DNA of 64,000 bases from Candidatus Eiseniibacteriota bacterium (GTDB lineage Bacteria; Eisenbacteria; RBG-16-71-46), in NCBI GenBank assembly GCA_038231135.1, contig JBBRLX010000013.1:1-64000 (forward strand). The letters are read 5' to 3'. The translations under genes and the position numbers were made by a program. Below, piece after piece: positions 1 through 9,215 of this stretch (position 1 is its first letter; each line of letters opens with the position of its first letter). The notes under the pieces are model-generated. The model did not search any database and had not been told where the DNA came from. It was given only the letters and a program-made list of their open reading frames with translations.

Positions 1-141
1 AACTGAGCCAGTGCGCAACACTGGGTGTCGCCTATGAAGGGAGGTGAGCCGACAACTCGCAGTCTGAAGGGCGGTTCATTGGAGGAGGGGTGCGGTAATC
101 TGGGTGTCGCCTAAGTGCGGCAAACTGGGTGTCGCTGGACA
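1..141 (-). mobile_element. Terminal region of an IS21-family-like insertion sequence (body lies left of the window)
   Basis: Minus strand begins TGTCCAGCGACACCCAG at 141. Three copies of the 21-bp unit GCGACACCCAGnnnnnCGCAC occur at 115-135, 90-110 (25-bp period) and 11-31. A TG end plus multiple terminal repeats is typical of IS21. Confidence 0.6.
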
Positions 142-356
142 ATATAATTAAAGGATCGCCAATCCGTATTGCTCTTGGCCAATAGCTGAAGATTATCTGG
201 TACGAGCGAGCCGGACAACGCAAGTGTATGATAACCGCGGAAGTCGCGGCTATCTTGCCGGGTAAACGTGCTTTGCGCTGTAGAGGTCGAGGCGGAGATC
301 GTGAGTGCAATCGTTGCAGCCCAAAAGGCGAGAGCAGGTGAATGCGGCCCGTTCAT
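111..356 (-). pseudogene. Secreted protein, probably truncated by the IS end
   Basis: Signal-peptide-like N-terminus (ALAFWAATIALTISASTSTA). The last ~10 codons and the stop lie inside the IS repeats. Confidence 0.45.
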
Positions 357-392
357 GTTGGGTCTCCGAGGAGTGTGTAAATCTGCCCTGAA

Positions 393-809
393 TTAGTGTC
401 TGACGATAATGTTCACTGTTTGCCCTGCTGACATTCCACCTTTGCCATCTCTTACAAAGCATTGGACCCAAGCCGTGTCAATAGCGTGGACCGATGCAGG
501 ACCGGGGTAAAATATGTGCGATGGGCCGTCTGTGTTATAGAGAAAGAACTTGTATGTTGGATTGCCTTTGATCAGAAGTCTGGCATCCGTGACCCAATCA
601 TAGACCAATTGATCGCCATCCGGATCTCTCGCAGTACACGAGACAACTGTAGAATCGGACGAACCGATGGTATCGGGTCGAGCGGTGACCGACACTAGGT
701 AAGGGTTTCGGTTCGAATCCAGTTTGCACGAGCAGATCGTGCTAATGCCGATGAGAATGACCGACTGCAACAAGGGTCGGAGGCTCTGGGCGTGATGCAG
801 TTGCTTCAT
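393..809 (-). CDS. Lipoprotein with Ig/PKD-like domain
   Basis: Hydrophobic stretch ending ICSC; NRNP...ARDPDGDQLVYDW and VRDGKGG are Ig/PKD-like motifs. Confidence 0.65.
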   Translation of the reverse strand: MKQLHHAQSLRPLLQSVILIGISTICSCKLDSNRNPYLVSVTARPDTIGSSDSTVVSCTARDPDGDQLVYDWVTDARLLIKGNPTYKFFLYNTDGPSHIFYPGPASVHAIDTAWVQCFVRDGKGGMSAGQTVNIIVRH

Positions 810-1148
810 ACGATTGGCTCCTCCTTAACCAGCCGCCGCAAGCCATACCTCTTATGGGAATGGGTCGCACTCTTGGGCGACCAGGACCCCGTCGAGATGA
901 AGGCGGACGGAACGCGGCATGCTTGTCATCCTGACATGTGCAAATTGATGGCAACGGTTCCAGACAACCCCTTCTCACACAGCACCCCCTACCTATCAGT
1001 CACAATCGCAGGATAGTGAGTATCGTGCGATAGATTCGGACGATCCAGATCGATTCGAGGACCTCGCCGGACGCAACGCCGGACGGACCTTGAGGCGACG
1101 GAGTAGCTTGGCTGTGCAGCGGACAGCGAGCATCTGGCTGCGTGCAGA

Positions 1149-1634
1149 CTACGCCGCCTGGACCGTCCAGCGGTCCTTTTTGGTCATCAGTTTCACCCTC
1201 GTGGCCGTCGCCTTTCTCGGGTCGATCGTCTTGAGTCGCTCCGTTGGGTAGCCGCTCGTCAGCTTTCCTTGTGCGACAAGGAAACGCAGCAGCCGGTCCG
1301 CCTGGGGCCCAATAGGGGCTGCGTCATTCTCCCAGCGAGACACCGTCTCCTCAGCGACGCCCATGTGCTTGGCGAAGTCCGAACCGGACCATCCGAGGCT
1401 TTTTCGCAGAAAGCGAACCTCTTCACCCGTAAAGCGGGTGGACTTGTCGATGAGGATCTTGGCGATCAATCGGTGGAGTTCCTCGATGTGCGGGATCGAG
1501 ATCTCGTAGTTGTCACAGCGCAGGCAGCGGGCCACGTCCAAGCCGACGAGCGTCACGTGCTTGAGGCCAGACTCGTCGTACCGGTAGCTCTCCTTCCGGA
1601 CCTTCATCGTGGCTCCGCACTCAGTGCACTTCAT
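1149..1634 (-). CDS. MqsA/YgiT-type zinc-finger + XRE HTH antitoxin
   Basis: MKCTECG...CLRC zinc ribbon followed by HTH (RFLRKSLGWSGSDFAKHMGVAEETVSRWEN). ATG at 1634. Confidence 0.9.
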   Translation of the reverse strand: MKCTECGATMKVRKESYRYDESGLKHVTLVGLDVARCLRCDNYEISIPHIEELHRLIAKILIDKSTRFTGEEVRFLRKSLGWSGSDFAKHMGVAEETVSRWENDAAPIGPQADRLLRFLVAQGKLTSGYPTERLKTIDPRKATATRVKLMTKKDRWTVQAA

Positions 1635-1660
1635 CGGGTTCTCCGTTCGTTGCTTGGCCG

Positions 1661-1954
1661 TCAGCGGCCACTTCTCCATGCGGTCACCACCACGAGCTCC
1701 CGCTCCGAGCGGAACGCGATTACAACCATGATCTTGTTGGTCTCGACCCGATACCTCCAGGTTCCGTGCTCGTACTCGCCCGGACGGACGACGCCTCCGC
1801 GAAGCACGTTCTCGCAGTCGACCGTCGTGAGGTCGTCGTCGAGCATCTCGTCCTTGGCGTGCTTCGAATAGGTGAATCGGCCGCCTCTGAGGATGTGGCA
1901 CATCAGCCGTTTTGCGGCTTCCGGTACCAGCGGCTCGTCCATATGGGTCCCCAT
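1661..1954 (-). CDS. DUF4258-family (RelE-like) toxin
   Basis: YSKHAKDEM...DCENVLRGG...WRYRVE...VVVTAW; lies directly upstream of the MqsA-like antitoxin. Confidence 0.8.
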   Translation of the reverse strand: MGTHMDEPLVPEAAKRLMCHILRGGRFTYSKHAKDEMLDDDLTTVDCENVLRGGVVRPGEYEHGTWRYRVETNKIMVVIAFRSERELVVVTAWRSGR

Positions 1955-1956
1955 TT

Positions 1957-1992
1957 TGGCAGCAAACTTGACTATTTGTCAAGTTGTTGCCA
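1957..1992. promoter_or_regulatory. Palindromic operator overlapping the TA promoter
   Basis: AACTTGAC-N5-GTCAAGTT (1965-1985) within a longer imperfect dyad TGGCAGCA...TGTTGCCA. Minus-strand TTGACA at 1982-1977 with CAAAAT 18 nt downstream. Confidence 0.65.
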
Positions 1993-2208
1993 GAGCGCCA
2001 CGTTGGATCCTAGTTAGCTACGGTTCGCCGATAAACGACCCGTCTGGATAACTGGCCAGCGTCTTGGCCCGCAGATCCATCCACTCTGCTTTGTGCTCCA
2101 TTCTCCGCATGCGAGATCCTCTCTTCCAAGTGGATCGCAAGGACCTTCGCAACAGGGTCCTCGCCACAAGGCAGCCCGCGATGCCCCATATTGCGCTGTT
2201 GCCGATGG

Positions 2209-2540
2209 CTATGGATTGGAACCTGCTCTATCGTAACTCTCACCCTTCCAAGTCATGGTCGCGCAACGTGCCGCGACGTAGATGAACGACAACCACTCAT
2301 GGACGTATATGCCGGAGACGAAGCAATCCTTTGGCACCTTGGAGACCGCAGGAACCTTTGACTCCGACGGTCCATCCGTCAGATCAACCCATAAACGTCT
2401 GCTCTTCCCGATGGGAGCCCCGGGACTCGGTGGCTCCATCACCAGAAACTCCAATCCATCCATCACGAGTTCGGCGTCCCGTTGATCTCAGTGTCGTGGA
2501 ATCCATTCGGCAGCGATTGAGCGAGCTCTTTCAGCGTCAC
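2209..2540 (-). pseudogene. Degenerate hypothetical protein
   Basis: GTG at 2540 reads MTLKELAQSLPNGFHDTEIN then stops; a second frame continues ...DGLEFLVMEPP...SFIYVAAR. Looks like one gene with an internal deletion or frameshift. Confidence 0.4.
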
Positions 2541-2686
2541 CTCGGATCCCCCCCCCTTGTATTGCTCAGTTGGAAGTCTTTCACCTCGCAAGAGCCATGA
2601 CTACGACCGCCACTAGCCAGCCGGTCATGCACGCGCAACTCGCGCGATCACAATGCGCAAAACATGGAGCGTGTACCACGCTCCGG

Positions 2687-4681
2687 TCATGGGCCCGCAG
2701 TGAACGTCACAGCCCGCACATGCGCCAGCACGTTCGCCACCGGCATCACGCCCAGGTCGACGAGGCCGCCCGGGTGCACGAACGTCAGCGTGTCCACCCC
2801 GCGCCCAAGCACCGTGCCGTGCGCCACATCCCGCAGCTCCACGCGCATCTGGGTGTCGGAATCGATGGCCAGCCGCCAGAGCCCGGCTGGCAACTCGAGC
2901 CCCACGAGCAGCGCGGGCGTCTGTTGCGTCGCATGCATCGCCGGCCGCCCGGTCGCATCGAGTCCCACGACGCTCGCCGGGTTCGCCGACAACTGCCAAC
3001 CCGGCACGACGACCCGTCCCGGCGATCGCGCGATGCCGAGCGCTCCGCCCTCGCGGCGCGTCCAGATGCGGGAGCGCACCCGGAAGGGCTCGTCGCCTTC
3101 GTAGGTCGCGAGCCTGTACGACGCCTGGAACTCGGGGTCGGCCACCAACTGCTTACCGCCGATGAAGCAGCCGGTGTCGCGGCCCGTCGGCAGGCACAGC
3201 AGCACCAGGTCCGGCTTGCGCGACAGCACGTAGCGGCCATTCCCCAGCTCGTGACCCAGCCGGCCACTGCCGAATCCCGGTGGCGGATGATGCGCGAGCC
3301 AGCGGTCGTTGAGCCCCAGCATGTCGATCGCCGGTAGCCGCGACCAGTAGGGCACGGCGCCCGCGGGATCGACCGCGATGAGCGGGGCGCGGTCGCCGAA
3401 CGCGCGCGCGAGGAACTTTCCCACCGGTTTGCCATCCAGCTCCCAGCGTTCGAGCCGCGTCCGCGCCGCGGCGGGGTCGGCGAGTTGCAGGCCGCCGAAT
3501 ACCAGCGCCAGCACCGCCAAAGTGCCCCACGCCCACGCCGGCGCGCGCGCAGCACCGGCACGCCGCACCGCCTCGGCGGCGAGGAACGCGAGCAGCACGC
3601 ACAGCGGCAACAGGAAGCGCCGGCCCGGGAACAGATCGCCGCCGATCACAGCAACGTAGGCGGCCCACACCAGCGCCACGACGACGGGCAGCACCATCGC
3701 GCCGCGGCCGTCGCGGAGCCGGCGCGACACGCCCCACGCGAGCGCGACACCGAGCACGAGCGGCGCGTAACCGAACAGCCCGTCGACCAGATAGAGCAAA
3801 CCGCTGCCGAGATGCGCAATCGAGAACCCGAGCTTCACCCGCGCGGAGTTCGCGATCCATTCGCCATAGTAGGCGAGCCGGAACGTGAGCTGAGCCAGCG
3901 TGAACGCGAGCGGCCCCGCGGCCAGTCGCAGCACCAGCGGCCGCGTCGCGGGCATGCAGCGGCGAGCGACCATCACGCCCGCGATCGTCCCGAGTGCCAG
4001 TACGAAGCCGTCGGGACGCGTGATGCACAGGAGCCCGAGCAGCACTCCCGACACGGTCGCGGCGCGCCGCGACGGGTCGGGCGCCAGGAGCCGCAGCGTC
4101 AGCGCCACAGCCCACGCGAGCAGCGCGGTCACGAGCGTGCCCTCGAGTCCGCCGATCGTCCACACCGCGATCGGCGCGGCGAGCGCGATCGCGAGCGTGC
4201 CCGCGAGCGCCGGCAGCGCTCCCCCGGCCGAGGCCGGCGCGAACGCCCACGCCAGCGCCGCCACGGTGGCGGCGCCGCCGGCGAATCCCAGCAGGCGCGC
4301 CGCAGTCACTAGATCGATGCCGGCGGCGCCGAGCCCCGAGCACAGCAGCACCCACAGCAGATTCGAGTAGCCCTCGACGCGCTCGCCGTCGTTCCAGGTC
4401 AGGCCATGGCCGTGCAGGAACCGGTCGGCGTAGCGCAGCGAAATGAACGCGTCGTCGGCGATGAACGGCAGATAGCGGCTCGCGTGGAGCGCAAGCACGC
4501 CGAACGCGAGCACGGCGAGGAACACTCCGAGGCCGTCCGCGGTGGTCGGCGCGGCGGCCGGACGCGCGGAGCCCACCGGGGTCGTTTCGTGCTGGCCGCG
4601 CTCGCGTCCCGGGACTGGACTGCGCCCCGTGGTCGAACCGCTTTCGGTCCGCGAGCCGCGTTCACGCCGCTTCATGCCCAA
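2687..4681 (-). CDS. Polytopic membrane protein, GT-C/AftB-like glycosyltransferase
   Basis: DDAFISLRYA...GLTWNDGERVEGYSNLLW, GLE, TRPDG, GGDLFPGRRF and DMLGLND motifs; many TM helices. Confidence 0.75.
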   Translation of the reverse strand: MGMKRRERGSRTESGSTTGRSPVPGRERGQHETTPVGSARPAAAPTTADGLGVFLAVLAFGVLALHASRYLPFIADDAFISLRYADRFLHGHGLTWNDGERVEGYSNLLWVLLCSGLGAAGIDLVTAARLLGFAGGAATVAALAWAFAPASAGGALPALAGTLAIALAAPIAVWTIGGLEGTLVTALLAWAVALTLRLLAPDPSRRAATVSGVLLGLLCITRPDGFVLALGTIAGVMVARRCMPATRPLVLRLAAGPLAFTLAQLTFRLAYYGEWIANSARVKLGFSIAHLGSGLLYLVDGLFGYAPLVLGVALAWGVSRRLRDGRGAMVLPVVVALVWAAYVAVIGGDLFPGRRFLLPLCVLLAFLAAEAVRRAGAARAPAWAWGTLAVLALVFGGLQLADPAAARTRLERWELDGKPVGKFLARAFGDRAPLIAVDPAGAVPYWSRLPAIDMLGLNDRWLAHHPPPGFGSGRLGHELGNGRYVLSRKPDLVLLCLPTGRDTGCFIGGKQLVADPEFQASYRLATYEGDEPFRVRSRIWTRREGGALGIARSPGRVVVPGWQLSANPASVVGLDATGRPAMHATQQTPALLVGLELPAGLWRLAIDSDTQMRVELRDVAHGTVLGRGVDTLTFVHPGGLVDLGVMPVANVLAHVRAVTFTAGP

Positions 4682-4711
4682 ATCTCTGGCCGGCGCTTAC
4701 GGGCCGCGGAG

Positions 4712-5578
4712 CTAGCTCACGGCCTTGAGCTCGAACCCGGCGTCCTCGAGCTCGCACAGGTCGGCCACCAGGCCCTGGGCGCCATGGCGGCGCGCGAACG
4801 CGGCGCCATCCTCGAACTCGGCGCCGTTCGCACACAGCTCCTTGGCGAGCACCGGCACCTTCGACGCGGCGAGTGCCGCGAGCGCTTCGTCGCGGCTGGG
4901 CTTCATGCCGAGGCCGCTCGCGTTCACCGGCGCCACGAGATAATCGGGCGTTACGTTCCACTGGGCGAGCCGCTCGACCATCAACCCCAGATTGTGCGTC
5001 TCGATGCCGGCGGCGCCGTGGAACCGCGACCGCACGAGCCGCACGAACGTCTCGAACAGCCGGCGATTGCCGGCGGCGAGCGCGCAGTCGGCGAGCCAGG
5101 CGTCGAGCACCACCCCGCGCAGGTCGCGCATGCGCACGCCCTCGAGCTCGGACTCGATCAGCACCGGCAGCCGGATGGACCAGTCGCCGCCGTAGAGCGA
5201 CGCGGGCCGCGTGAAGCGGGCGACCGCAGTGCGCACCCCTGCCTGCTGGCCGGGACGCGCGGCGTGGCGGCGCAGGACCGGCTCGATGCCGGGCTCGAGC
5301 TCCAGGCGTTCCTGTTCGGTCAGCGACGGAATCACGGCGTGCAGCGGGATCGGCTTGTTCAGGATCGCCGTGGCCTGCGCGAGCAGCAACGTCGGGCTCC
5401 CGAGCACGCCGCCGGCGCCGGCGTCGAGCGCGCGCGACAGCGTGACGGCCAGCGCCTTGGGCTCGCGATAGCGGTCCGCCACGTCGAGCGTGCGATCGCG
5501 GGTGGCCAGCGACACGCCGTTCAGCGAGCGCGTCCCGAGCAGCACGTGCGGCGTCGCCGCGCGCGGCGCCGGGCTCAC
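4712..5578 (-). CDS. Conserved hypothetical protein (TIM-barrel/aldo-keto-reductase-like)
   Basis: GTG overlaps the upstream TGA; LLGTRSLNGVS, GIETHN and PVNASGLGMKP; GC3-rich coding bias. Confidence 0.6.
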   Translation of the reverse strand: MSPAPRAATPHVLLGTRSLNGVSLATRDRTLDVADRYREPKALAVTLSRALDAGAGGVLGSPTLLLAQATAILNKPIPLHAVIPSLTEQERLELEPGIEPVLRRHAARPGQQAGVRTAVARFTRPASLYGGDWSIRLPVLIESELEGVRMRDLRGVVLDAWLADCALAAGNRRLFETFVRLVRSRFHGAAGIETHNLGLMVERLAQWNVTPDYLVAPVNASGLGMKPSRDEALAALAASKVPVLAKELCANGAEFEDGAAFARRHGAQGLVADLCELEDAGFELKAVS

Positions 5579-6666
5579 GCCGCCACCTTCACCGCGGCAC
5601 CGGCGGTCGCCGCGGACGCGTACAGCGCATCGGTCAGGCGTGCCGCGCCGAGCGTGGCCGCGAGCGCAGTGTCGGATTCGGCGCCGCCCGTCGCCCATTC
5701 GAGGAATGTCGCGTCCTCGATCCAGCGGGCATCGCCGTCGACCTCGAAACGCGCCAGCTGGGGCATATCGCCGCGCGACAGCCGGGTCACGCCGGCGGGA
5801 TAGGCCCCCGGCGTCACCATATCGAGCTCGATCGCATCCTCCGAGATCAGCATGCGCCCGCGCTCCGCCTCGATCTCGATCACCGTCGACGGCTTGGGAT
5901 ACCCGGGCATGCTCCACGACACCTCGAGCTCCACACGCGCGCGCGCGCCGGCCGTCCAACGGCCGTGCAACTCGTCATCGAGCGGCCCGTAGAGCGTCCG
6001 CGCGGTGGCGGTCGCCTCTTCCGGAGCGCCGAACATGTGAATCAGCAGGCACACCAACTCGGCGCCCACCTGCGACAGCGCGCCGCGCGAGGATGCCGAC
6101 AGCACCGCGGCCCGCTGCTGAACAGGATTGAACACCCGCGATACGGTTCGCGAGGCACGCACTTCGCGGATGGTTCCGAGAGCGCCGCCCGCGATCACGC
6201 CGCGCGCCCTCTGGAATACCGGATGATGCCGCAGCGGCAGCGCCAGCGACACGGCGCGCTCCCGCTCGCGCGAGCGTGCCAGCAACGGCTCGAGCTCCGG
6301 GGCGGCGGGCAGCGGGCAGCCTTCGAGCTGCACCGCGGCGCCGGCGTCGAGCGCCCGGCCCGCGTGCGTCACGGCGTCGGGGTAGGCGCCGAGGAACACG
6401 ATGTCGGGTTTCGCGCGCTGCAGCAGCGTGTCGAATGCGGCGTAGGTGCGGGCGCCGAGCCCCATGCCCTTGGCGTTGCGGCGCGCGTCTCGATCTGGGT
6501 CGCCGATGCCGGTCAGCTCGACCTCGGCGAACGTCGACAGCAGCGCCGCGTGCTGGATGCCGGAGCGCGCGAGACCGAACACGCCGACCCGGACGTGGCG
6601 AAGCGGCCGGGGTGTGTGGAGAGCGTGCGCCTGGGCACGCCGTACGAGGTCTTCCGTGACAGTCAT
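5575..6666 (-). CDS. Gfo/Idh/MocA family oxidoreductase
   Basis: VRVGVFGLARSGIQHA Rossmann start; GALGTIREV and SWSMPGY. The EKP motif is degenerate (EGC). Confidence 0.8.
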   Translation of the reverse strand: MTVTEDLVRRAQAHALHTPRPLRHVRVGVFGLARSGIQHAALLSTFAEVELTGIGDPDRDARRNAKGMGLGARTYAAFDTLLQRAKPDIVFLGAYPDAVTHAGRALDAGAAVQLEGCPLPAAPELEPLLARSRERERAVSLALPLRHHPVFQRARGVIAGGALGTIREVRASRTVSRVFNPVQQRAAVLSASSRGALSQVGAELVCLLIHMFGAPEEATATARTLYGPLDDELHGRWTAGARARVELEVSWSMPGYPKPSTVIEIEAERGRMLISEDAIELDMVTPGAYPAGVTRLSRGDMPQLARFEVDGDARWIEDATFLEWATGGAESDTALAATLGAARLTDALYASAATAGAAVKVAA

Positions 6667-6766
6667 CGCATCTCGGAGCGTAGTGGGTCGGGAGTGCTGG
6701 TGCAACGCGACGCCGCCCGAGCCGGAGGGGCCGGGCGGCGCGCGCTTGACGAACGTGACACGGACA

Positions 6767-7345
6767 CTATGCGGTCAGTTTGAACTCGATCGGCACGTCG
6801 TCGCGATCGTGCTCCTCGACGCGGAACAGCTCGTGCGGCGACAGCGACAGCCACCCGGCCACGTACTGGTCGGGGATCTGCTGGATGCGCGTGTTGAACG
6901 TGGTGACGGTGTCGTTGTAGAACTCGCGCCGGTCGGCGATGTGGTTCTCGAGTTCGCTGATCCGGGCCTGGAGTTGCAGGAACGACTGGTTGGCCTTCAG
7001 ATCCGGGTACGCCTCAGCGACCGCGAAGAACTGGCCCAGCGCGCGGGTCAGCTGGTTCTCGGCGTCGGCGCGCTGCGGGACGGTCTGAGCCTGGGCGAGC
7101 GCGCCGCGCGCGTCGCCCAGCTTGTCGAACACCGCCCGTTCGTGCTGCATGTAGCCTTCGCACACCTTGATCAGTTTGGGCAGCTCGTCGTGCCGCTGCT
7201 TGAGCAGCACGTCGATGTTCGCCCACGAGCGCGCGATGTTGTTCTTGAGCGCCACGAGGCTGTTGTAGATGGACAGCGCGTAGCCGATGGTGCCGATCGC
7301 CAGGAACAGCACGAGCACCGCCACGATCACTTCACCGATATACAT
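6767..7345 (-). CDS. lemA: LemA family protein
   Basis: N-terminal TM; YNSLV...WANIDVLLKQRHD...AEAYPDLKAN...RREFYN. Confidence 0.95.
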   Translation of the reverse strand: MYIGEVIVAVLVLFLAIGTIGYALSIYNSLVALKNNIARSWANIDVLLKQRHDELPKLIKVCEGYMQHERAVFDKLGDARGALAQAQTVPQRADAENQLTRALGQFFAVAEAYPDLKANQSFLQLQARISELENHIADRREFYNDTVTTFNTRIQQIPDQYVAGWLSLSPHELFRVEEHDRDDVPIEFKLTA

Positions 7346-7391
7346 GTCACCTCCGTGTGCGGAACGTGGCGCTTGGGGTGCGCCACACGGG

Positions 7392-8447
7392 TCATCGCGA
7401 AAGGTTGTGCGCCGACAGCCACATCAGCCAGAAGCCGAGGCCGAACAGCGTGAGCATCACGCCGCCGATCAGCTTGCCGAGCGTCGACAGGGCGAGCGAG
7501 GTTTCGACTGCGGTCATGGATTCGGCGCTGATCAGGAACGTGGGATCGTTCGTGCCCCGCCGGATCACGGCGGACACGCGGCTCTGCAGCGCCCGCAGCC
7601 GCGCCGGACCCGGCAGCGGCACCAGGGGTGCTGCGGGATCCTGGCTGCGCACCGAGACCCGAGCGCCGTCACGTGCCCAGGTCAGTCCGGGAACCGCGCC
7701 GGACGCGGCGAATGCGTCGGTTGCCTGCCCTGCTCCCAAACTGCCGGCGCGAAGCATCGCCGCCGCTGGAACCACGGACAGGCCTGGTACCCGCGGCGCG
7801 CTCGTCACGGCACCGTCGGTGCCAGTGGCCTCGAGGTCCGGCTCGATCCACGGTACCGCGTGCTCCGGAGTCAACCCGTCCTCGGGGTTCGCAATGTCGC
7901 TGCTCTGAGCCCTGGGCTCCGCGGAGCCGAGGATGAATACGTGCTGGCCCTCCACGAGCATGCGCTCGCGGAACCGCATGCCCGACAGCCGCCACAGATG
8001 CCGCTGCCACAGGTTCTGTTCGGCCATGTAGGACTCGTAGCAATCGGGCAGGCCGAAGCCCTGGCACTCCTCCTCCGATCCGGACGGCACGCGGCATTGC
8101 GAGCCTTCCGGATAGACGAGCGCGAGTCCGGTGCCGTCGTCGACGAAGAACGGCTGGCCCGAACTGCGGCGATGCACCGTCACCCAGCCGTTGCGCCGGT
8201 TCGACCGCACCGCGATGTCGACTTCCCAGTACGCGCAGCGATTCCCGCTGAACGGCGCGGCGATCTGGCTGCGCTCGAGCACGGCGCCCTGCACCTCCAC
8301 GAGCCCCATCGCCATCGACCGGATACGCGCGGTCGGCGTGTTCTCGATCATCCGGCGGATGCGCAGGTCCCGGAATCCGGTCACGTACATCACGGGGCCG
8401 GCGAGCAGCGAGAAGGTGGCGTAGACGGGGAGGTCGAGCCGCAGCAT
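7392..8447 (-). CDS. GIDE-domain membrane protein
   Basis: IENTPTARIRSMAMGLVEVQG, APFSG..C, PFFVDDGTG, RFRE and C-terminal FLIS plus TM; directly upstream of lemA. Confidence 0.8.
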   Translation of the reverse strand: MLRLDLPVYATFSLLAGPVMYVTGFRDLRIRRMIENTPTARIRSMAMGLVEVQGAVLERSQIAAPFSGNRCAYWEVDIAVRSNRRNGWVTVHRRSSGQPFFVDDGTGLALVYPEGSQCRVPSGSEEECQGFGLPDCYESYMAEQNLWQRHLWRLSGMRFRERMLVEGQHVFILGSAEPRAQSSDIANPEDGLTPEHAVPWIEPDLEATGTDGAVTSAPRVPGLSVVPAAAMLRAGSLGAGQATDAFAASGAVPGLTWARDGARVSVRSQDPAAPLVPLPGPARLRALQSRVSAVIRRGTNDPTFLISAESMTAVETSLALSTLGKLIGGVMLTLFGLGFWLMWLSAHNLSR

Positions 8448-8751
8448 GAGAACTCCGGGATCGGGACGAACCGCGCCCCATCACCATGCGGGGCACGGAC
8501 TCTATTGGAGGTATCGGCTCGGCCTACGCGCGCCCGAAGGGTGAATTTGCGCCCCCGTGACAGGGCGAAAATGGGCCGGAATTGGGGTGGAAGGGGTAGA
8601 AGGGGTGTGGTGCCGGCCCGGCCGGGGTGATAGCGTTTCCTTAGCGGGAGTGCCGAATTTTGGGGCGTGGCTCCGGAAGCGGCCGGGTATCCCGCGGAGC
8701 GTCGTCCCCTCGGCGCCGATCCGACCGGATCCCTACTTTCTAGGAGCTGCC

Positions 8752-9144
8752 ATGAAATCAGCCCTGATGATCCTGCTGGCCGCCTGTCTCACGTCGTCCG
8801 TGTTCGCCCCGGCGGCGCACGCGCGCGTCAACGTCGAGCGCACCGGCTCCGAGAATCCGGTGGTGGAAGTGGCGCGCTCGACCATCTACGGCGGGCTCGC
8901 GGGCCTCGTGGTCGGCAGCGCCCTGGCGCTCGCCTCCAGTTCCAGCGACGGCCAGGTCATCCGCTGGTGCTTCGTCGGCGGCACGATGGTGGGGCTGCTG
9001 GCCGGCACCTACTACGTGGCGCATCGCCCGTCAGCCGACGCGGTGCTGCAGCTCGACGGCGGCACGCTCCAGCTCCATCCGCCGACGTTCGAGCGGGCGC
9101 CGCTCGGCGGGTCGCAGGTGCCACTGGTGGCGGTGAGGTTCTAG
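8752..9144 (+). CDS. Small exported/membrane hypothetical protein (glycine-zipper-like)
   Basis: AGGAG RBS; signal peptide ending AHA; two Gly-rich hydrophobic helices; C-terminal Phe. Confidence 0.7.
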   Translation: MKSALMILLAACLTSSVFAPAAHARVNVERTGSENPVVEVARSTIYGGLAGLVVGSALALASSSSDGQVIRWCFVGGTMVGLLAGTYYVAHRPSADAVLQLDGGTLQLHPPTFERAPLGGSQVPLVAVRF

Positions 9145-9215
9145 GCGGGCAGTCCGCTCTGCCCTATCGTGCGACTGGCGCCACGCGCTTCCGCCCTGCG
9201 CCACCCACCGGCCCG

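Noticed and set aside
11..135. Repeats as a mini CRISPR array
   Set aside because: Spacing is 4 and 58 nt, the units are degenerate and no cas genes are present; an IS end fits better.
2548..2556. C9 tract as a phase-variation switch
   Set aside because: It sits upstream of a probable pseudogene, and homopolymer lengths look unreliable in this assembly.
357..2600. Integron cassette array (co-oriented small genes plus TA)
   Set aside because: No convincing RYYYAAC...GTTRRRY attC pairs or integrase seen.
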